Origin: Cyanophora paradoxa CCMP329
Taxonomy: Eukaryota > Plantae > Glaucophyta
Assembly: GCA_004431415.1 (NCBI GenBank)
Contig: QPMI01000477.1
Location: 310,001 to 374,000 of the forward strand
Reading direction: 5' to 3'
Length of the DNA stretch: 64,000 bases
Position numbers and translations under genes: made by a program. Below, one piece after another: positions 22,386 through 35,204 of the stretch. A model generated the notes under the pieces. The model saw only the letters and a program-made list of their open reading frames with translations. It was not told where the DNA came from and made no database searches. The first letter of the stretch is position 1. Every line of letters starts with the position of its first letter.

Positions 22386-24250
22386 TCAAGCAGCGGGTTC
22401 GAAATGGTCCGCGGGGCGGCGCCGGCGCCGGCGGGCCGGGGTCTGGATCTGGATCCGTGTGGCCAGCGGTGAAATTGAAGCTTTGGGGGCGGCAGATGGC
22501 GCTCGCTCAGGCGCCGGCGGTCGCGCCGGGCTCGAGCTCGGGGGCGTCCGCGCCCAGTGCCCGGCGGCGCTTGGGGGCCCGCCCCGCCGGCCCGGCCCCG
22601 GCCCCGGCCCGGCCCCTGCGCCCCCGCCCAGGTCGGGACCCAGGACCTCCAGGAAGGTCCCCACCAGGAGCTCCAGCTTGGCGGCCGAACGGCCCCGCGC
22701 AGGCAGGGGCAGAGGCGGGGGAGGGTCGCCCGGCGCGCCGCGGGAGAGGAGGAGGAGGCCCCTGCTCGGGAGCGCGCCGGAGAGGAGAAGGGAGAGGAAG
22801 GCGCGGAGGGCGGCGCAGGCGCCCAGGACGGACTCGCCGCCGGCCTCGCGGGCGGCCGACTGCAGCCGGGCCACGCCGGCGTCCAGCCGGCGGGCCAGCT
22901 CGCGCCCCGAGAGGCCCGGCGCCGAGGCGAGGGAACGTTCCCTCAGGCCCCGGACGAACGCGGCGACTAAGGGGCCGGCGCCCTCCACAGCCTCCGCGAC
23001 GCGCCGGGCCCTGGAGGGCGCTCAGGTGAGCCGAGCGGCGCGAGGCGGGGGGGTACAGGGGTGCAGGCGCACGCTTCCTCGTCGCTCGGGCCGTACCCCT
23101 CATCTCCCTCAGACGACGATGACGACGGCTGCGGCCGCGGCCGCGGCGCGGGCGAGGGAGGGGGCAGCGCCTCCTCGCCCCGGATCCGCCTCGTGAGCTT
23201 GGGCTTCGGGCCTGCGGGCGTTCGGTCGTGAATTGGGAAGGGGGCTGGGAAGGGGGGTACCCGAAACGTGGTCGTCCACATGGTTCGAGAGGGGGGCGCC
23301 GGGGAGGGGTTCGAACTGCGGGGCGCGGGGCGGCAGGGCGGAGCGGCGTGAGGAGCCGGCGCGCGGTGCGGATGCGGGACGGCCCCGCTCACACACACTC
23401 TCACACACACACGCACCCGCTCGACCACCTCTGCGCCGGCGGGGCCGCTGGGGCCCGTCACGAAGCAGGCGCGGCACACGAAGAGGTTCTCCTCGTAAAT
23501 GCCCTCCGCCAGCTCCCGCCGCCCCGCCTGGTCGAAACGACGAGAGGATCTCGGCCGCGGCGGCCGCGCGCGCGAGCCGCGCGGCGAAGCGGATCGGAGC
23601 GCACCTTTACGTCCTCGTAGGCGCCCTCGCTGCAGACGGCGGCGAGGTGGTTGACGCACGCGAGCGGCAGCGCGTCCTGGTATTCGCTGAGGCGGCCCTT
23701 GCGGGCGTCCTGGATCGCCCCGAGGAACACCTCCTGGTCGCGCTCGTGCTCGGGCAGCGGCAGCGCCTTCAGCCGCCGCCCGAACGCCGAGCGATCGAGC
23801 GCGCTCTCGTAGTTCGGCACGTTCTGCGCGGCGCCGGCGTCGGCGTCGCGCGCGTGCGGGCGGCTCTACCGGCGATGCGCGTCTTACATAGGGGTTCCAG
23901 AGCCACGAGATGTGGAGCTTAGGGTCGCCGCGGCCCTCGTCCGTGCTTATTCGCCTGCGGCGGCGCCGCTCAGCCCGCTCGGCATCCCGCGGCCGCGCTC
24001 GAGCCTCTTATAATCACGCCGCACCTCACGAGCGCAACCCAGATCTGATTCGCGCTGAACAGCGTAACGAAACTGGGCCGCTGGCCGGCGTCTCCGGAAA
24101 GAACCCAGATTCCGCGCCACTTCACCCGTGCCCAGAAGACCTGCGAGATCGCCGTGAGCGTGTCAACGGTTAGCTTTGTGCCAGCGGCGACGCGGTGAAG
24201 CGCTTGCGGATCACCCTGCCGCTCCCTCGCTCGGTTTCGGTCTCGCACTC
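22386..24250 (-). CDS. Multi-exon hypothetical protein (5' end uncertain)
   Basis: Spliceable exons VDTLTAISQVFWARVKWRGIWV, KLHISWLWNPY|NVPNYESALD...EDVK and ELAEGIYEENLFVCRACF with GT-AG introns. Family not recognised. Confidence 0.55.
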
Positions 24251-24600
24251 CGCAACGCCCTGCAGTCCCGCGGCTGCCTGCAGCTGTGCTATCGGCCGCA
24301 TGCTGCAGCTCTGTGCATCGCCCGCCGCAGCCCCGCAGTGCTTAGCTCGAGCTCAGTCGACGAACTTGGGCCGAGTCTACGGGTACGTAACTTGGTCTGG
24401 CAGGGTACGCCACGAATGTTGGGCCGAAAGCATGCCGTAGCCTAGGAGGCAGAGCTCGAGCTCGCAACACGTCCACTTGGCCCAGCCCAGCCCGCGGAGC
24501 TCGCAATCGATTCCGCATATGTACACGCCCACGGGCAGGAGGGGGCAGAGGAGAGGCGCCCGCACAGACCACGGGCGCTGAAGCTCGCCCGGCGCTGCCG

Positions 24601-26808
24601 CTAGGGGCAGAGGTAGTGGTGGAGCGCGATGCCCGTGTCCCGTGCCAGCCGTTTCGCATCCTCGTGCCCCACCGTGCACTTGAACTGCGGCCGGAGTTAG
24701 CTAGGGCCTGGGGGGATAGGGCGGCACGCTTCAAAGAGGGCTCGCGGGGGGGCGCGCGCGCGCGCGCGCGCCTTGGCTTTGTCGATGGGTACGCCCTCGC
24801 CCGTGGAAAGGAGTACGCCGACCCGCGCCAGCGTTGCCACCTGCCGGCCGGGGGTACGCACTTCGAAGCTCAGCCCAGGGCGAACGAAGGGATGAGGGGG
24901 GGGGTACGGGGACCGCGCTCGCCTCGCCGAGGAGGTCGGTCGTGAGTGCCGTCCCGTCCTCTTCTGCGATGGAGCGGAACACCGCCAGCATGCGCTCCAG
25001 GGGGAATGCTTGCGGGCCCAGCATGAACAGGTCCTTCTGCGGGGTACGCGGTAAGCAGGGGATGGCGCGCGGGGCAGAGTGGGGGAGGACGGTGCGGACG
25101 CCAGCGGGGCGGCCGGCCGGCGCGCGGCGCTTGCGGCCGGGCTTGTTGTTGCGGGACGTGCTGAAGTAGTGCTGGTCCGTCCGGGGCGGGTTGTAGGACG
25201 CTGCGGTCCCGTTGACGTCAGCGGTCCGAAGGTGCAGGGGAGGGGGGGGGGAAGAACGAGGGGGTACCGAGGTATCCGGCGAGCGCAAGCAGCTTTGTGG
25301 TCTTGGGGGCGTCCGCGGCCGCCGAGGGGCCGGCCCCGCCCCCGCCCCCGCCCGCCGCCGGCAGCTCTGCATCCCTGCGCGGGCCGTCAGGAGGGCGGGG
25401 GTACATGTTCCCCCGCCTCTTCGAAGAGCTCGCCTCCTGTAGAGGCGATCGAAGACCTGCGGGGGCGGGGACGGGACGGTCGGAGACCGTTCAACCGGGG
25501 GCGCGGGGCGAGGGGCAGGGGATCGTTCGCCTGACCTGCTTGAGGACGGGCTTGATGCGCATGAGGAGGGCCCCCGAGTCCGCCTTCTTCGCTGCGGAGC
25601 GGCGTCGGAGGCGAAGAATAAGAAGGGGGGAAGAAGGGGCGGGGGGTACCGATGCCCTGGGCGACGGGGAGGGAGTAGGAGGGCCACACGAGGTGCACGA
25701 GGTGCCGCAGCTCAGTGACCTCGCGACACGCGCCGCCGAAGACGTCGACCACAAGCTGCCGGGGAGGTGAGGGAGAGGAGGGGGGGGAGGAAGTAGGGGG
25801 GTACGGCCCCGCGCACTTTGACGTAGTTGGAGAAGAAGCGCGGGTCGTCCTCCCCGCGGGGCCGCTCCCGCCCCAGAATCTCCACAAGGGCGTCTGGGGG
25901 GGTATTGGTACGCGGGCCTGAGGGGGGGAATGGGGGAAGAAGACGCGCCGCGGGAGTAGGGGGGGAAGTGCAGCTCGTAGGGGAGGGGTAGGCCCGTCAC
26001 GGAGTGGAAGCGGTCCCACGCGAGCTCGCTCACGAGCACGACGGTCACGTCACGCTCAGCCTGCGCGCGTGCCGCGGCGCAGCGCGGGCGCCGTCAGAGC
26101 GACCGGGCGTGGAGGGGCGGGGCGGGCGCGGGAGGGGTACGGGGCGCGCCAGCTCGCCGAGGCGCATGAAGGCGGGCAGGATGTGCGCTTCCATGTCCCG
26201 AAGCCGCTCCGCCCGGTCGAGCGCCTGCGCCGGCGTCGACGGGCGGTCCGGAGGCTCCCGCGGCGGCGGCGGCGGCGACGGCGGAGGCGGCCAGCGGCGC
26301 GCACGAGGTACAGGCGGCGGCCGGGCGGCAGCCGCTGCTTGAGCCGCATGACCAGCTTCGACATGCGCTCGCACTTCTTCTCGGCCTTCTTGTAGGGCGC
26401 CGCCCGCGCCAACGCCCGGCTCCCGCCATCCTCCTCCTGCTCGGGCAGCAGCGCCACGAGGCGGTCATACAGCGTCTGCAAGAGTGTCCTCGACGAGTAC
26501 GACTCGGCCACGGAGACGAAGAGGTGCGTGAGGCCCAGGGACTGCGGCACAACGCGCGCGCGCGTCAGAACGCTGACCTGCGACGGCGGCGGCGTTCGCC
26601 CGCACCTGCAGAGTGTCGCGAAGGATTGAGGTCTTTCCGGTGCCCGTGTGGCCGTGCAGGTAGATGGCGGGAGGCCGGAGCTGCGAGCGCGGGGTCTGAC
26701 GCGGGAGATCGCAAGCGGGTGAAGGGCGAGGCGCACCGTGCACAGCAGCGCTTCCAGCTGCTCGATTTCGGCACGCCGCCCCGGCCACCGCTCGCGGAGC
26801 GCTTCCAT
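24601..26808 (-). CDS. ORC5: Origin recognition complex subunit 5
   Basis: WPGRRAEIEQL, Walker A IYLHGHTGTGKT, LDRAERLRDM, LHFPPYS, ASYNPPRTD, GPQAFPLERMLAVFRSI and the C-terminus FKCTV...HHYLCP*. Confidence 0.92.
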
Positions 26809-27141
26809 CTGTCGGGGGAGAGGTCTGGCCGGGGTACGCAAACATAAAAACCGCTTCGCCGAGTCTGATCCATTTTTCTCGAATTCCGAGTTCGACTCGA
26901 ATTCGGACTTTTCGGAGTTGATGCAGTTGTTTTTCGAGTCATCAGTAGCTCGGAGGAGGTACTTAGGCGATCGCGATCGCGATGAACCGTCATAGACGCG
27001 TACGAAGGGTAACGGACGGTTACCGTAGTACCGTAGTACCGTAGTACCGCTAGCGCTACTACCGGAAGTTCCGGAACATGAACAAAACTTTTGAAAACTT
27101 CGGAACAGCCAAGTCAATGCGGAGGGCGCCAGGCTGACATA

Positions 27142-27389
27142 CCGTATAACACAATATTAATGCGCTCAATATTAATGCGTTTTTGGACCCGGACCCCTAT
27201 TATGGCTATTAATGCGGCACCAAATTAATGCGTTTTGCAGCCTTTTCGCAGAATGTAGGGGTACAGACCGCAGTTTCTTAGCGCTTCAATATTAATGCGC
27301 CCCCAAATTATAATGCGTTTTGACGGCAGAAAACGCATTAAATTGGGGGCGCATTAATATTATGCGCGCACTAATATTCTGTTATACGG
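27142..27389. mobile_element. Tc1/mariner (pogo-type) MITE, motif ATTAATGCG
   Basis: TA-CCGTATAACACAATATTA...TAATATTCTGTTATACGG-TA, with about 8 internal ATTAATGCG/CGCATTAAT copies. Confidence 0.85.
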
Positions 27390-28055
27390 TATATATGCGC
27401 ATGCGCAGCAATGCGGCAGCATGGCATGCGCATGGCGCCGCATGCGCATGCGCGGCGTTGCGCGCGCGGCGCGCGCGCGCATGCCTGCCAGGCTGCGAAG
27501 CCTGCGATCGAATTCGAACGGCCGCCGGCGCCGCCGCGCCCGGCGGCAGCTCAGGGGCCAGGGCCGGCGGCCGCGTGCGCGGCGGCCGTCACAAGTCACT
27601 GAGTACCTTCGTACTCACGGTACTCACGGGCCACGGGCCACGGCGTGCGCGGCGCCGGCGCCGCCGGGCCGGCAGTCGACGACTCAACGCCCGACTCGAC
27701 GGCCGACGGTCGGACTGCGACAGGCCCTGAGGTGCAGCCGCTTCCGATCACGCGCAGCGATGCTCGCCAGTGTCGCCACCTGCACCGCGGGCGAGCTGCG
27801 AGCGAGCGTTTGACTTCCAAGTTTGGCCGCTGAGCGTGCATGCACCTCGCACCTAAGCGGCTGGGCCTCAGCTGCAGCGATGGCCACGGGCGGGGCGGAG
27901 AAGAGGCACGCCGGCGAGCCCATCTGCAGCGACGCGGGGACGCGCCCGCGGCAGCGTCCGCGACTCTCCGCCTCCAGCTCGGAGGCGGACGCCATGTGCA
28001 GCGGTGACGCGGTGCGCCTGCGTCGCGCACAGTCCTTAAAGGCCGTGCTCTCCTC

Positions 28056-30495
28056 ATGACCGCGGCCGTACTACGGTATGCATATGCATGCGCCCTCTCA
28101 CGTCTCGGCCCCCACCAGGCGGCGCTCCTCGGCCTGCCGGATGCGCTGCTGGTCCGCATCATTCGGCTGGCGTGCGCGAGCGAGCACGGCAGCGGGGCCG
28201 GGGCGTGGGAGATCGACGAGCCGTTCTGCTGCGACGAGGTGGAGGCGAAGCTCCGCGCCGTGCAGCTGCAGTCGGGCCCGGCGGAGTCGCGATCGCGATC
28301 ACCCTCGGCTGAGCGGGAGCCGTGGGTCGACCTGCGGCGGCTGTGCCGCCTGCGGCGCGTGTGCCGGCGGGTCGCGGGGCTGGTCGAGACGGGCGGCGCG
28401 GCGCCGCGGGCGCGGCTCGAGATCTCGTTCGGCGCAGCGGCGTCGGCGCCGGACGAAGCTCCATCCGCCGAAGAAGAGTTTAAGGCGGCCGCAGCTGCAG
28501 GCGCGGAATTGGGGCGTGCCTGCGAGGGCGCCGCCCGCGTGGGCGGGATCGAGGAGCTCGACTTGAAAATAAATCCTCATCGCGATGGTGATCAGGTACG
28601 TATACGGACCCAGGAACATTTTCTGGATTTTTTCTCTCTAGATCTTTGGATGCTTTGCGGCTGTTTGACATACAGATCCGGATCCGCAGCCACGCAGTCT
28701 CCCGGCCTTCTCCCTGGCCCCCCTCCGTCGCTTCCGCTCCCTTCGGGCCCTCCGCCTGCGCTTGCGCAAGGCCGAGGACGGCTCGTGCCCCGCCGGCGTA
28801 TGGGGCCCCGAGCACCTCTCGCCGCTCGCCGCCCTCCCCCGGCTCTCGTGCCTGGACCTCAGGGACGGCGCCAGGGGGCTCGGGATCAGCCCCGGAGCTC
28901 TTTCCGCCCTCTCGCCCCTCCCCCTCACGGCGCTCCGGGCGGCCGTCTGCGTTGCGTGCAGCTCCGATGTGGAGAAAGAAGTCTCCACCGTCGCGGCGGC
29001 CTTCCCCGGGCTCGAGAGGCTATTTTTGGACGTCCAGGTCCGGACGGAGTGGGACCGTCTTGAGTGCGACGCCCCCGCCGGCATGGCTCGGCCCCTCACC
29101 CCCCTCTCGTCACTCAAAGGTGCTGCACGCCGTGACGGGATACTTTAAGCTTCGAATGATCATGACTACTATACATGGTCTCAATTAATCTCTTACCAAT
29201 CTCCTCGGTTAATTTCAAACATACAATGATAATCTCGTCGGCTTAAGCTCGTCGGGCTCACCAGGTCCTGCCGGACCGCGGCCCCGCGTGCGCAGCGCTG
29301 AGCCTGAGCTTCTGCGGGGGCAGCGACTTCAGCCTCGCCCCGCTGGCGCCCCTCCGGAGGCTCGAGCACCTTTCGCTGCCCCTAAGCGCCGAGGACGAGC
29401 TGCCCGCCCTCTCCTCCCTCACGTCCCTCCGATGTGCGCCGCCCGAACGCGAACGCGTACTGTACCCCTCCCATTGAATCGATTGCTCTGACGCGGCGTA
29501 CGCTCAGCCCTGGACCTTTCGGGGGAGCCCTACTCGGCGCTGCCGTTCCTGGCGCCGCTGACGCGGCTGGAGGCGCTGCGGCTCTGCCTGGACGCCGGCG
29601 CCGACGCCGGGCAGCTCGCCTGCCTCGCGCCCCGCCTCCGCTGCCTCGAGCTGGAGGCCCTCCACGAGGCCGGGGAGGAGGCGGGCGCCCTCGCGGACGC
29701 CCTCCTGGCCATGCGCTTCCCCGCCCTCCAGGCAAGGCAATTTTATATACAATTACATCATCAAAAAGATTAGATTGGGCTTAAGCTTCCTTGATGTATA
29801 AATCCGGCCCGCTCGATCTCATGCGAGAGCACCGCGGCATGCGCAGGACTTGGGCCTCGCGCTCCGCACGGGCTGCTTCGGCGCCCTCTCGGAGCGATCC
29901 CTGGCCGCCTGGAGCGGGGTCCGCGCCCTCGGCATCCGAGTCACCGACATGAGCATCGACGCGGACCGGAAGCTCCCGGCGCCTTTCATTTCGGTGCAGC
30001 TTCAGTTCTAACGGAGCTTCGGGGCTTCAAATTGAGCGTCGCGATCGGGCAGAGGGTCGCATCGGACATGGTGGGACTCCGGGAGCTCTCCGCGGGGGGC
30101 GAGCTGCCCCTGCCCCTGTCGGCCGGCGCGGCGGCCGCCCTCCGCGGGCGCCTGCGCCGCCTGCGGGCGAGCCTGGTCGACCGCCACGCGGACGCGTCGA
30201 CGCAGGCCCTGCAGCTCGCCCGCCGCGCCGTGCGTCCCTTCGATTTCATTCGGGTTATCTAATTATAAGCTTTAGGGGGCAGCTGATCATGAATTCGAAG
30301 CTCGTACATAGATCTAGAGTCAACTTCAAACGCCGACGCCGAGCTTATTATACTATGATTGGAATTCACGGCGGCGTGCGCGGCGCCTTCGATTCGGATT
30401 CTAGCCGTGTATATGCATCCGCCCTGATCGGCCGGGGCCCTGGGCGGCAGGCGCTGGAGGCAGCCCTCGGGATCCGCGTCGAGCCGCACAGCTGA
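28056..30495 (+). CDS. F-box-like/LRR protein
   Basis: LLGLPDALLVRIIRLA (F-box-like), DLRRLCRLRRVCRR, and LRR-like LAALPRLSCLDL, FPGLERLFLDV and LTRLEALRL. The 3' exon structure is approximate. Confidence 0.7.
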
Positions 30496-31365
30496 GGGCG
30501 AGTCCCTTGAGCTCGCTTTGGAGCCGAGGGAGCCGCCGGCCTACGATCAAATCTGGAGTCCCTCGATTTGGAGTCGAGGGGGCTGGACCGCCGGCCCTGG
30601 CGGCGCCGCGCGCGTGCGCACGATTAAATATGGATTTGGACCTGAAGCTGGCTCAAGATTATTCGCCAAGCTGAATTATTATTAATATTAGCGATAGCGC
30701 AACTCAGTGTGGCCGCAAAAGGGCTACTTATTAGTAGGATTATTCGGTGTAAGCACTCACGTTGACATTATTTCGAGAATGAATCATTGAATATTAATCT
30801 TCGAATCTTCGAGCCGCACAGCTTAGGCCGAGTCCCAGAGTCCCTCGATCGCGACCCGAGGCCCGAGGGAGCCGCCGGCCCCGGCGCGCCGCGCACGCGC
30901 ACGCGCACGATCAAACCTGGATATATTTAGTTTGCTGCATATTTATAGTACGAAAAGTTTTTGGGCGATCTACTAAATATTTCCCGCCTGCTAAAGCCGA
31001 GAATTTGTAGAGGTAGTCCTGTCACAGTGTATCCGCCATACAACTTGCAAAAGCCCTAGGCCTGCATGCGATTCTGAGGCTGCGAAGACCGACCAACTAA
31101 AGATTTACCAGCTGCTAAAGGGGCAGTTTTGGCAAAGTATACGTATACGTACTAATTACTAGGTAGCACCGCGACTCGCGGGGGCGGGAGAGCTCGTCGC
31201 GGGACTGCAAGGGGGGGTCTGTGGGCGGGTCTTGCAAATGAAGGAACGTTAACCCTAGGGGTGTCAGAGGAGCGCGTGGGGCCCACAGGGGTCGGGGGGC
31301 CTAGGGCGAGGGCAGCCAAGAGTTGAAGCCCAGAAGAAGGCTAGGGCCTCGGAATAGCTGATATC

Positions 31366-31718
31366 GATGCTGGGGCCTCGCGAGCTCGCCCACAGATCGG
31401 CCGGATGCATCTGCACGAGGCTCGGTCAACGGCGCGTCAAAAGGGGCGCCTGGGCGTGCGGCAGCCGCACCGGGGCGGGCGGGAGCGATGCTGGGGCCTC
31501 GCGAGCCCGCCCACAGATCGGCCGGATGCGCATGCATCTGCGCGAGGCTCGGTCAACGGCGCGTCAAAAGCGGCGCCTGGGCGTGCGGCAGCCGCACCGG
31601 GGCCGGGCGGCGGGCGGGAGCGATGCTGGGGCCTCGCGAGCCCGCCCACAGATCGGCCGGATGCGCATGCATCTGCGCGAGGCTCGGTCAACGGCGCGTC
31701 AAAAGCGGCGCCTGGGCG
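31366..31718. repeat. Tandem repeat with a ~121-135 bp unit, about 2.7 copies
   Basis: GATGCTGGGGCCTCGCGAGC... recurs at 31366, 31487 and 31622. Confidence 0.9.
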
Positions 31719-32169
31719 CGGTGGTACGGTAGTAAGTTTACTAGTAATTATAACGTTAACGCGCGGCCGCGGCCGCGGCAGTCATGATCAAGCGCGGCGC
31801 GACGGCGGGCGCGGCGCGGAGCTCGCGATCGTCAGCTCGCGAGCCCGGACGAGATTTCGCGAATGTGCCGCTGATGCTTCTGGAACTTCGGAAGTTGCGC
31901 GGGGCTCGGCGCGGCGCCGGCTTACGGACTAGCGCGGCTTACGGCGGCTGGCGCGCGCGGCGTGCATACGCGTGGCGGCTAGCCGGCTAGGCGCGGGTGC
32001 ATGCCCGCGGCGGCGAAGCGGCACGGGTATCGCAAAAAGACTTATCGCCGTCAGTGTTGCCAGCTGGCCGGCTTGGACAACTCGACGGGGAGCAAGGGGG
32101 GGTACAAGGGGGGTAAAAGACGGCAGACCCGCGGGAGACCCCCCCCCGCCCCCCCCCCCAATCATAGTA

Positions 32170-32457
32170 CCTTAGAACACAATATTAATGTCTGTACTTT
32201 ATTATGTCGTCCCGAAATTATGTCGCCTCGGACGGGACAAAACGACATAATTTGGGGACGTCATAATATATTTTTATTAATACGGCCCGATTATACGGGC
32301 TCGCCAAGCCGCCCCATACAGTACCCCCCAATTTTACCGCCTCATACAAGCCTGAAAATTTCATGCCGACATAATTTGGGGACGTCATATTTCGCATAGA
32401 GAAGGCTCGGGTTTTCAAACGACATAAATTTGCATGACATAATATTGTGTTCTACGG
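32170..32457. mobile_element. Tc1/mariner (pogo-type) MITE, motif ATTATGTCG
   Basis: TA-CCTTAGAACACAATATTA...TAATATTGTGTTCTACGG-TA. Confidence 0.85.
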
Positions 32458-33117
32458 TATAACGGGGCCTATTACGGGTCCTTATAATTAATCAACGGCG
32501 AGTTTTACCAAGCTTTAACAAGCTTTAAGTTATGCTCCGGGGGGGATCCAAAGTAGATTCCAAACAGCGGAACTTCGGAAAGCGCGTGCAGCAGAAAATA
32601 ATTATAAAGCGATGTTCTTGCCAGTGTTGCCAGTGTAACTTGCCACATTTCGAAGTTTCACCGCAATCACCGACATATCATATGATATCATTGATATGAT
32701 CATGATATCAGATGCATATGCATATGATAATATTAATGATATCATATGCATAACCTTTTTGGGGGGCCGCATGGTGGGCCATTGGTGGCCACTGGCCATG
32801 GCCCGCATCGTGATAAGTTGCCACTGAACTTTTCACTGGTTGCAGAGTCAATGCAGACCGACTCTGAGTCTCTGACCAAGGCAGATTCAAGTCAATTGCA
32901 ATTTGCAATGATCGGAATTTCCTCTGAGTCTGAAACCGGCGCCGCCGCGGCGGCGCCCGGCGCGGTCAGCGGCATTAATTATATATATTGCACGGGGCAG
33001 CTCATCGGCAGGGTCCGCGGGCCGCGGCCCGCGGCCCGCACTGCGGCAGCCTGGCAGGAAGTGCACCTACGCGATACGTGCACGTGTTGTCTGTCCGACG
33101 GTCCGACGGTCGTTATA

Positions 33118-33366
33118 CTGTAGGAATGCTTTTTTAGCCGATGTTTTAAATTGCCGTACTACGGTATATTGCCGAGCTCTCGAGAGGCCGAATTCGAGAA
33201 TTCGGCATTCTAGAGACGCGGCAATTCTCAGGGGGTAGGGCTAAACGGCCGCTTTTGTATGACGCCATAGAAGAAATGCAGAGATGCGGCAATTGATCGC
33301 CACGGCAATTCCGGTTTTGGTCGAATTCGGCAATTTAACTACGCGGCAATTTAAGCATTCCTACAG
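33118..33366. mobile_element. Tc1/mariner (pogo-type) MITE, motif AATTGCCG
   Basis: TA-CTGTAGGAATGCTT...AAGCATTCCTACAG-TA. Confidence 0.85.
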
Positions 33367-33391
33367 TAACGTACTCAGTACTTTGGAAAAG

Positions 33392-33627
33392 GGGTCGTTA
33401 TAATTTCACCGTTATAACGCGTTATAATTATAACGTATAATGACGCGTTACTTTCGGTGAAATACGTGAATTAACGGGTGGTGAAGACCGTGAATTCGAG
33501 GCACGTAAATAACGACTGTCCGTCCGTCATATTGACTGGGGTCGTTATAACGCGTTATTAACTTAACGTTATAACGTCATCCTTTTTTTGATTCCTTTAT
33601 AACGGTGACGTTATAACGACAACACTG
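33392..33627. repeat. Degenerate element rich in palindromic CGTTATAACG units
   Basis: Several GTTATAAC(G) copies. The right end ...ACAACACTG resembles a CAGTGTT hAT-like terminus. No left TIR was found. Confidence 0.45.
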
Positions 33628-33979
33628 GCCGCATGCGCAGGCCCGCAGGGCCGCAGCTAGGCTAGATGAGCCTATATACGTTCCTGGTAGCTAGCTACAG
33701 ATCTACTGTAACTTCTGTAAGTCGGGAAATATTTCGTACATAATTCTACAATGTAACTCCATATACAAATAGAGTTTTATAGACTCTAGGCTAGGAGTAC
33801 TAGTCTAGGGTACCGGTGCCGGTAGGACTCCGGGACTCGTAGGAGCCGGTTTTCGAGTTCAACTGCGAATCGTCTGCGATCGGTACCAGTCCGCTATGAC
33901 TCCGCATTCCCAAAACACCGTGCTAGGAGGCTGTGATGAGTTGACGATTCAGAACGAATCATCATATAGTACAGTATTA

Positions 33980-34215
33980 CCGTGTAACACTAAATTAACA
34001 GCCCGTTAATTAACAGGTAATAAAAGCTGGCCCTCCCATAGTCGAAATAACAGAGCCCCAAATTAACAGATCATCAAAATTTAGGCTTGTATGGGGCGAT
34101 AATGTCGGGGGGTAGATTGTATGGGACGGCTGAACAGCAGCGAATTAGCAGAGCCAAAAATTAACAGATTATGTCAAGATTTCGGTCTGTTAATTTGGGA
34201 CTCTGTTATTTAAGT
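33980..34215. mobile_element. Tc1/mariner (pogo-type) MITE, motif AATTAACAG, right end truncated
   Basis: TA-CCGTGTAACACTAAATTAACAG...CTGTTATTTAAGTG. The core is homologous, in reverse complement, to the core of 32170-32457. Confidence 0.75.
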
Positions 34216-34416
34216 GAGCCCCCCGCAGCCCGCTGCCCGCGCCAGAGTCGCGCGAGTCGCCGGCGCGGCGCGACCAGAGTCACCAGACTCTGAGACTCTG
34301 ATCATGAGAGTCTCAGAGTCTGAGAGACTGAGACGTCCTCGGACTCCTGGCCGGGCCACATGGACGGGACTCAATAACTCCGGACCTGGACTCCGGTCCT
34401 GGAGGCTGGAGTCCTA

Positions 34417-34685
34417 CCGTAGACGACTTAAATTATATATAAGTTAAATACCGCGCCACATATTACCGCGTTCTAAAATTTTGGCGCCGGTAAGCGCTTT
34501 AGCGCGGCACCAAATTAGCGCGTTTTCATCAATTTGGGGTATGGTCCATACAAAAAGTGTTAGCAAATCTAAGCAAAAGACAATTACCGCGCTACCAAAT
34601 TACCGCGTTATAAAAATTTTGAGCGCGGTAATTCGGTAGCGCAGTGGTTAATTATAAGTCAGCGCGGTATTTAAGTCGTCTACGG
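34417..34685. mobile_element. Tc1/mariner (pogo-type) MITE, motif ATTACCGCG
   Basis: TA-CCGTAGACGACTTAAAT...ATTTAAGTCGTCTACGG. The right flank is AC rather than TA. Confidence 0.8.
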
Positions 34686-35204
34686 ACCTACGGTAGGCCT
34701 GCAGGCTGCAGCTGGCCCCTGAACCGCACCGCATGGGCGGATGATGGGCCTCCTCAGGCCCTCCTGGGCCCTGGCCGCCTCACCGTCACTTCGGCGTGGG
34801 CCGGCGCCGTGGCCATGGGCCGACACTGACTCAGTGAGGACAGTGCCGCATGCAGGCAGATGATGCAGCTCCGCTCTACTGGCTACCGCTCAGGCTCTGA
34901 GCTCCCGAGTCCGATCCAGCCTCCAGATCATGGACCAGATGCCATGATGATGGGACCGTGGCAGATCTAGGTACTAGGAGGCGGTAGGCGGCGTTAGCCT
35001 CGAGCTCCTCGGGCCTCTGGGCTCCCGCGCATTGAGTCTGCTTTGCAGTTCCTCCCTAGGCCTCACAGGGCGAAGTCCAAGTCGATCCACTCTCAGAGTC
35101 TCAGAGTCTAGCTCTAAGGCTCTAGTCCACTTTAGGATCATCGATATCGGCGGGTGCGTGCACGCGTACGTGCTCCGATATCCCGCGAGGCTCTAGATCT
35201 ACAT

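Noticed and set aside
31170-31350. Structured G-rich segment, possibly an element end or ncRNA
   Set aside because: No second copy, TIR or recognisable RNA motif in the window to support a call.
33930-33970. Hammerhead ribozyme or C/D snoRNA (GTGATGAG...CGAATC)
   Set aside because: It lacks the CUGAUGA/GAAA core, and no convincing D box with a terminal stem was found.
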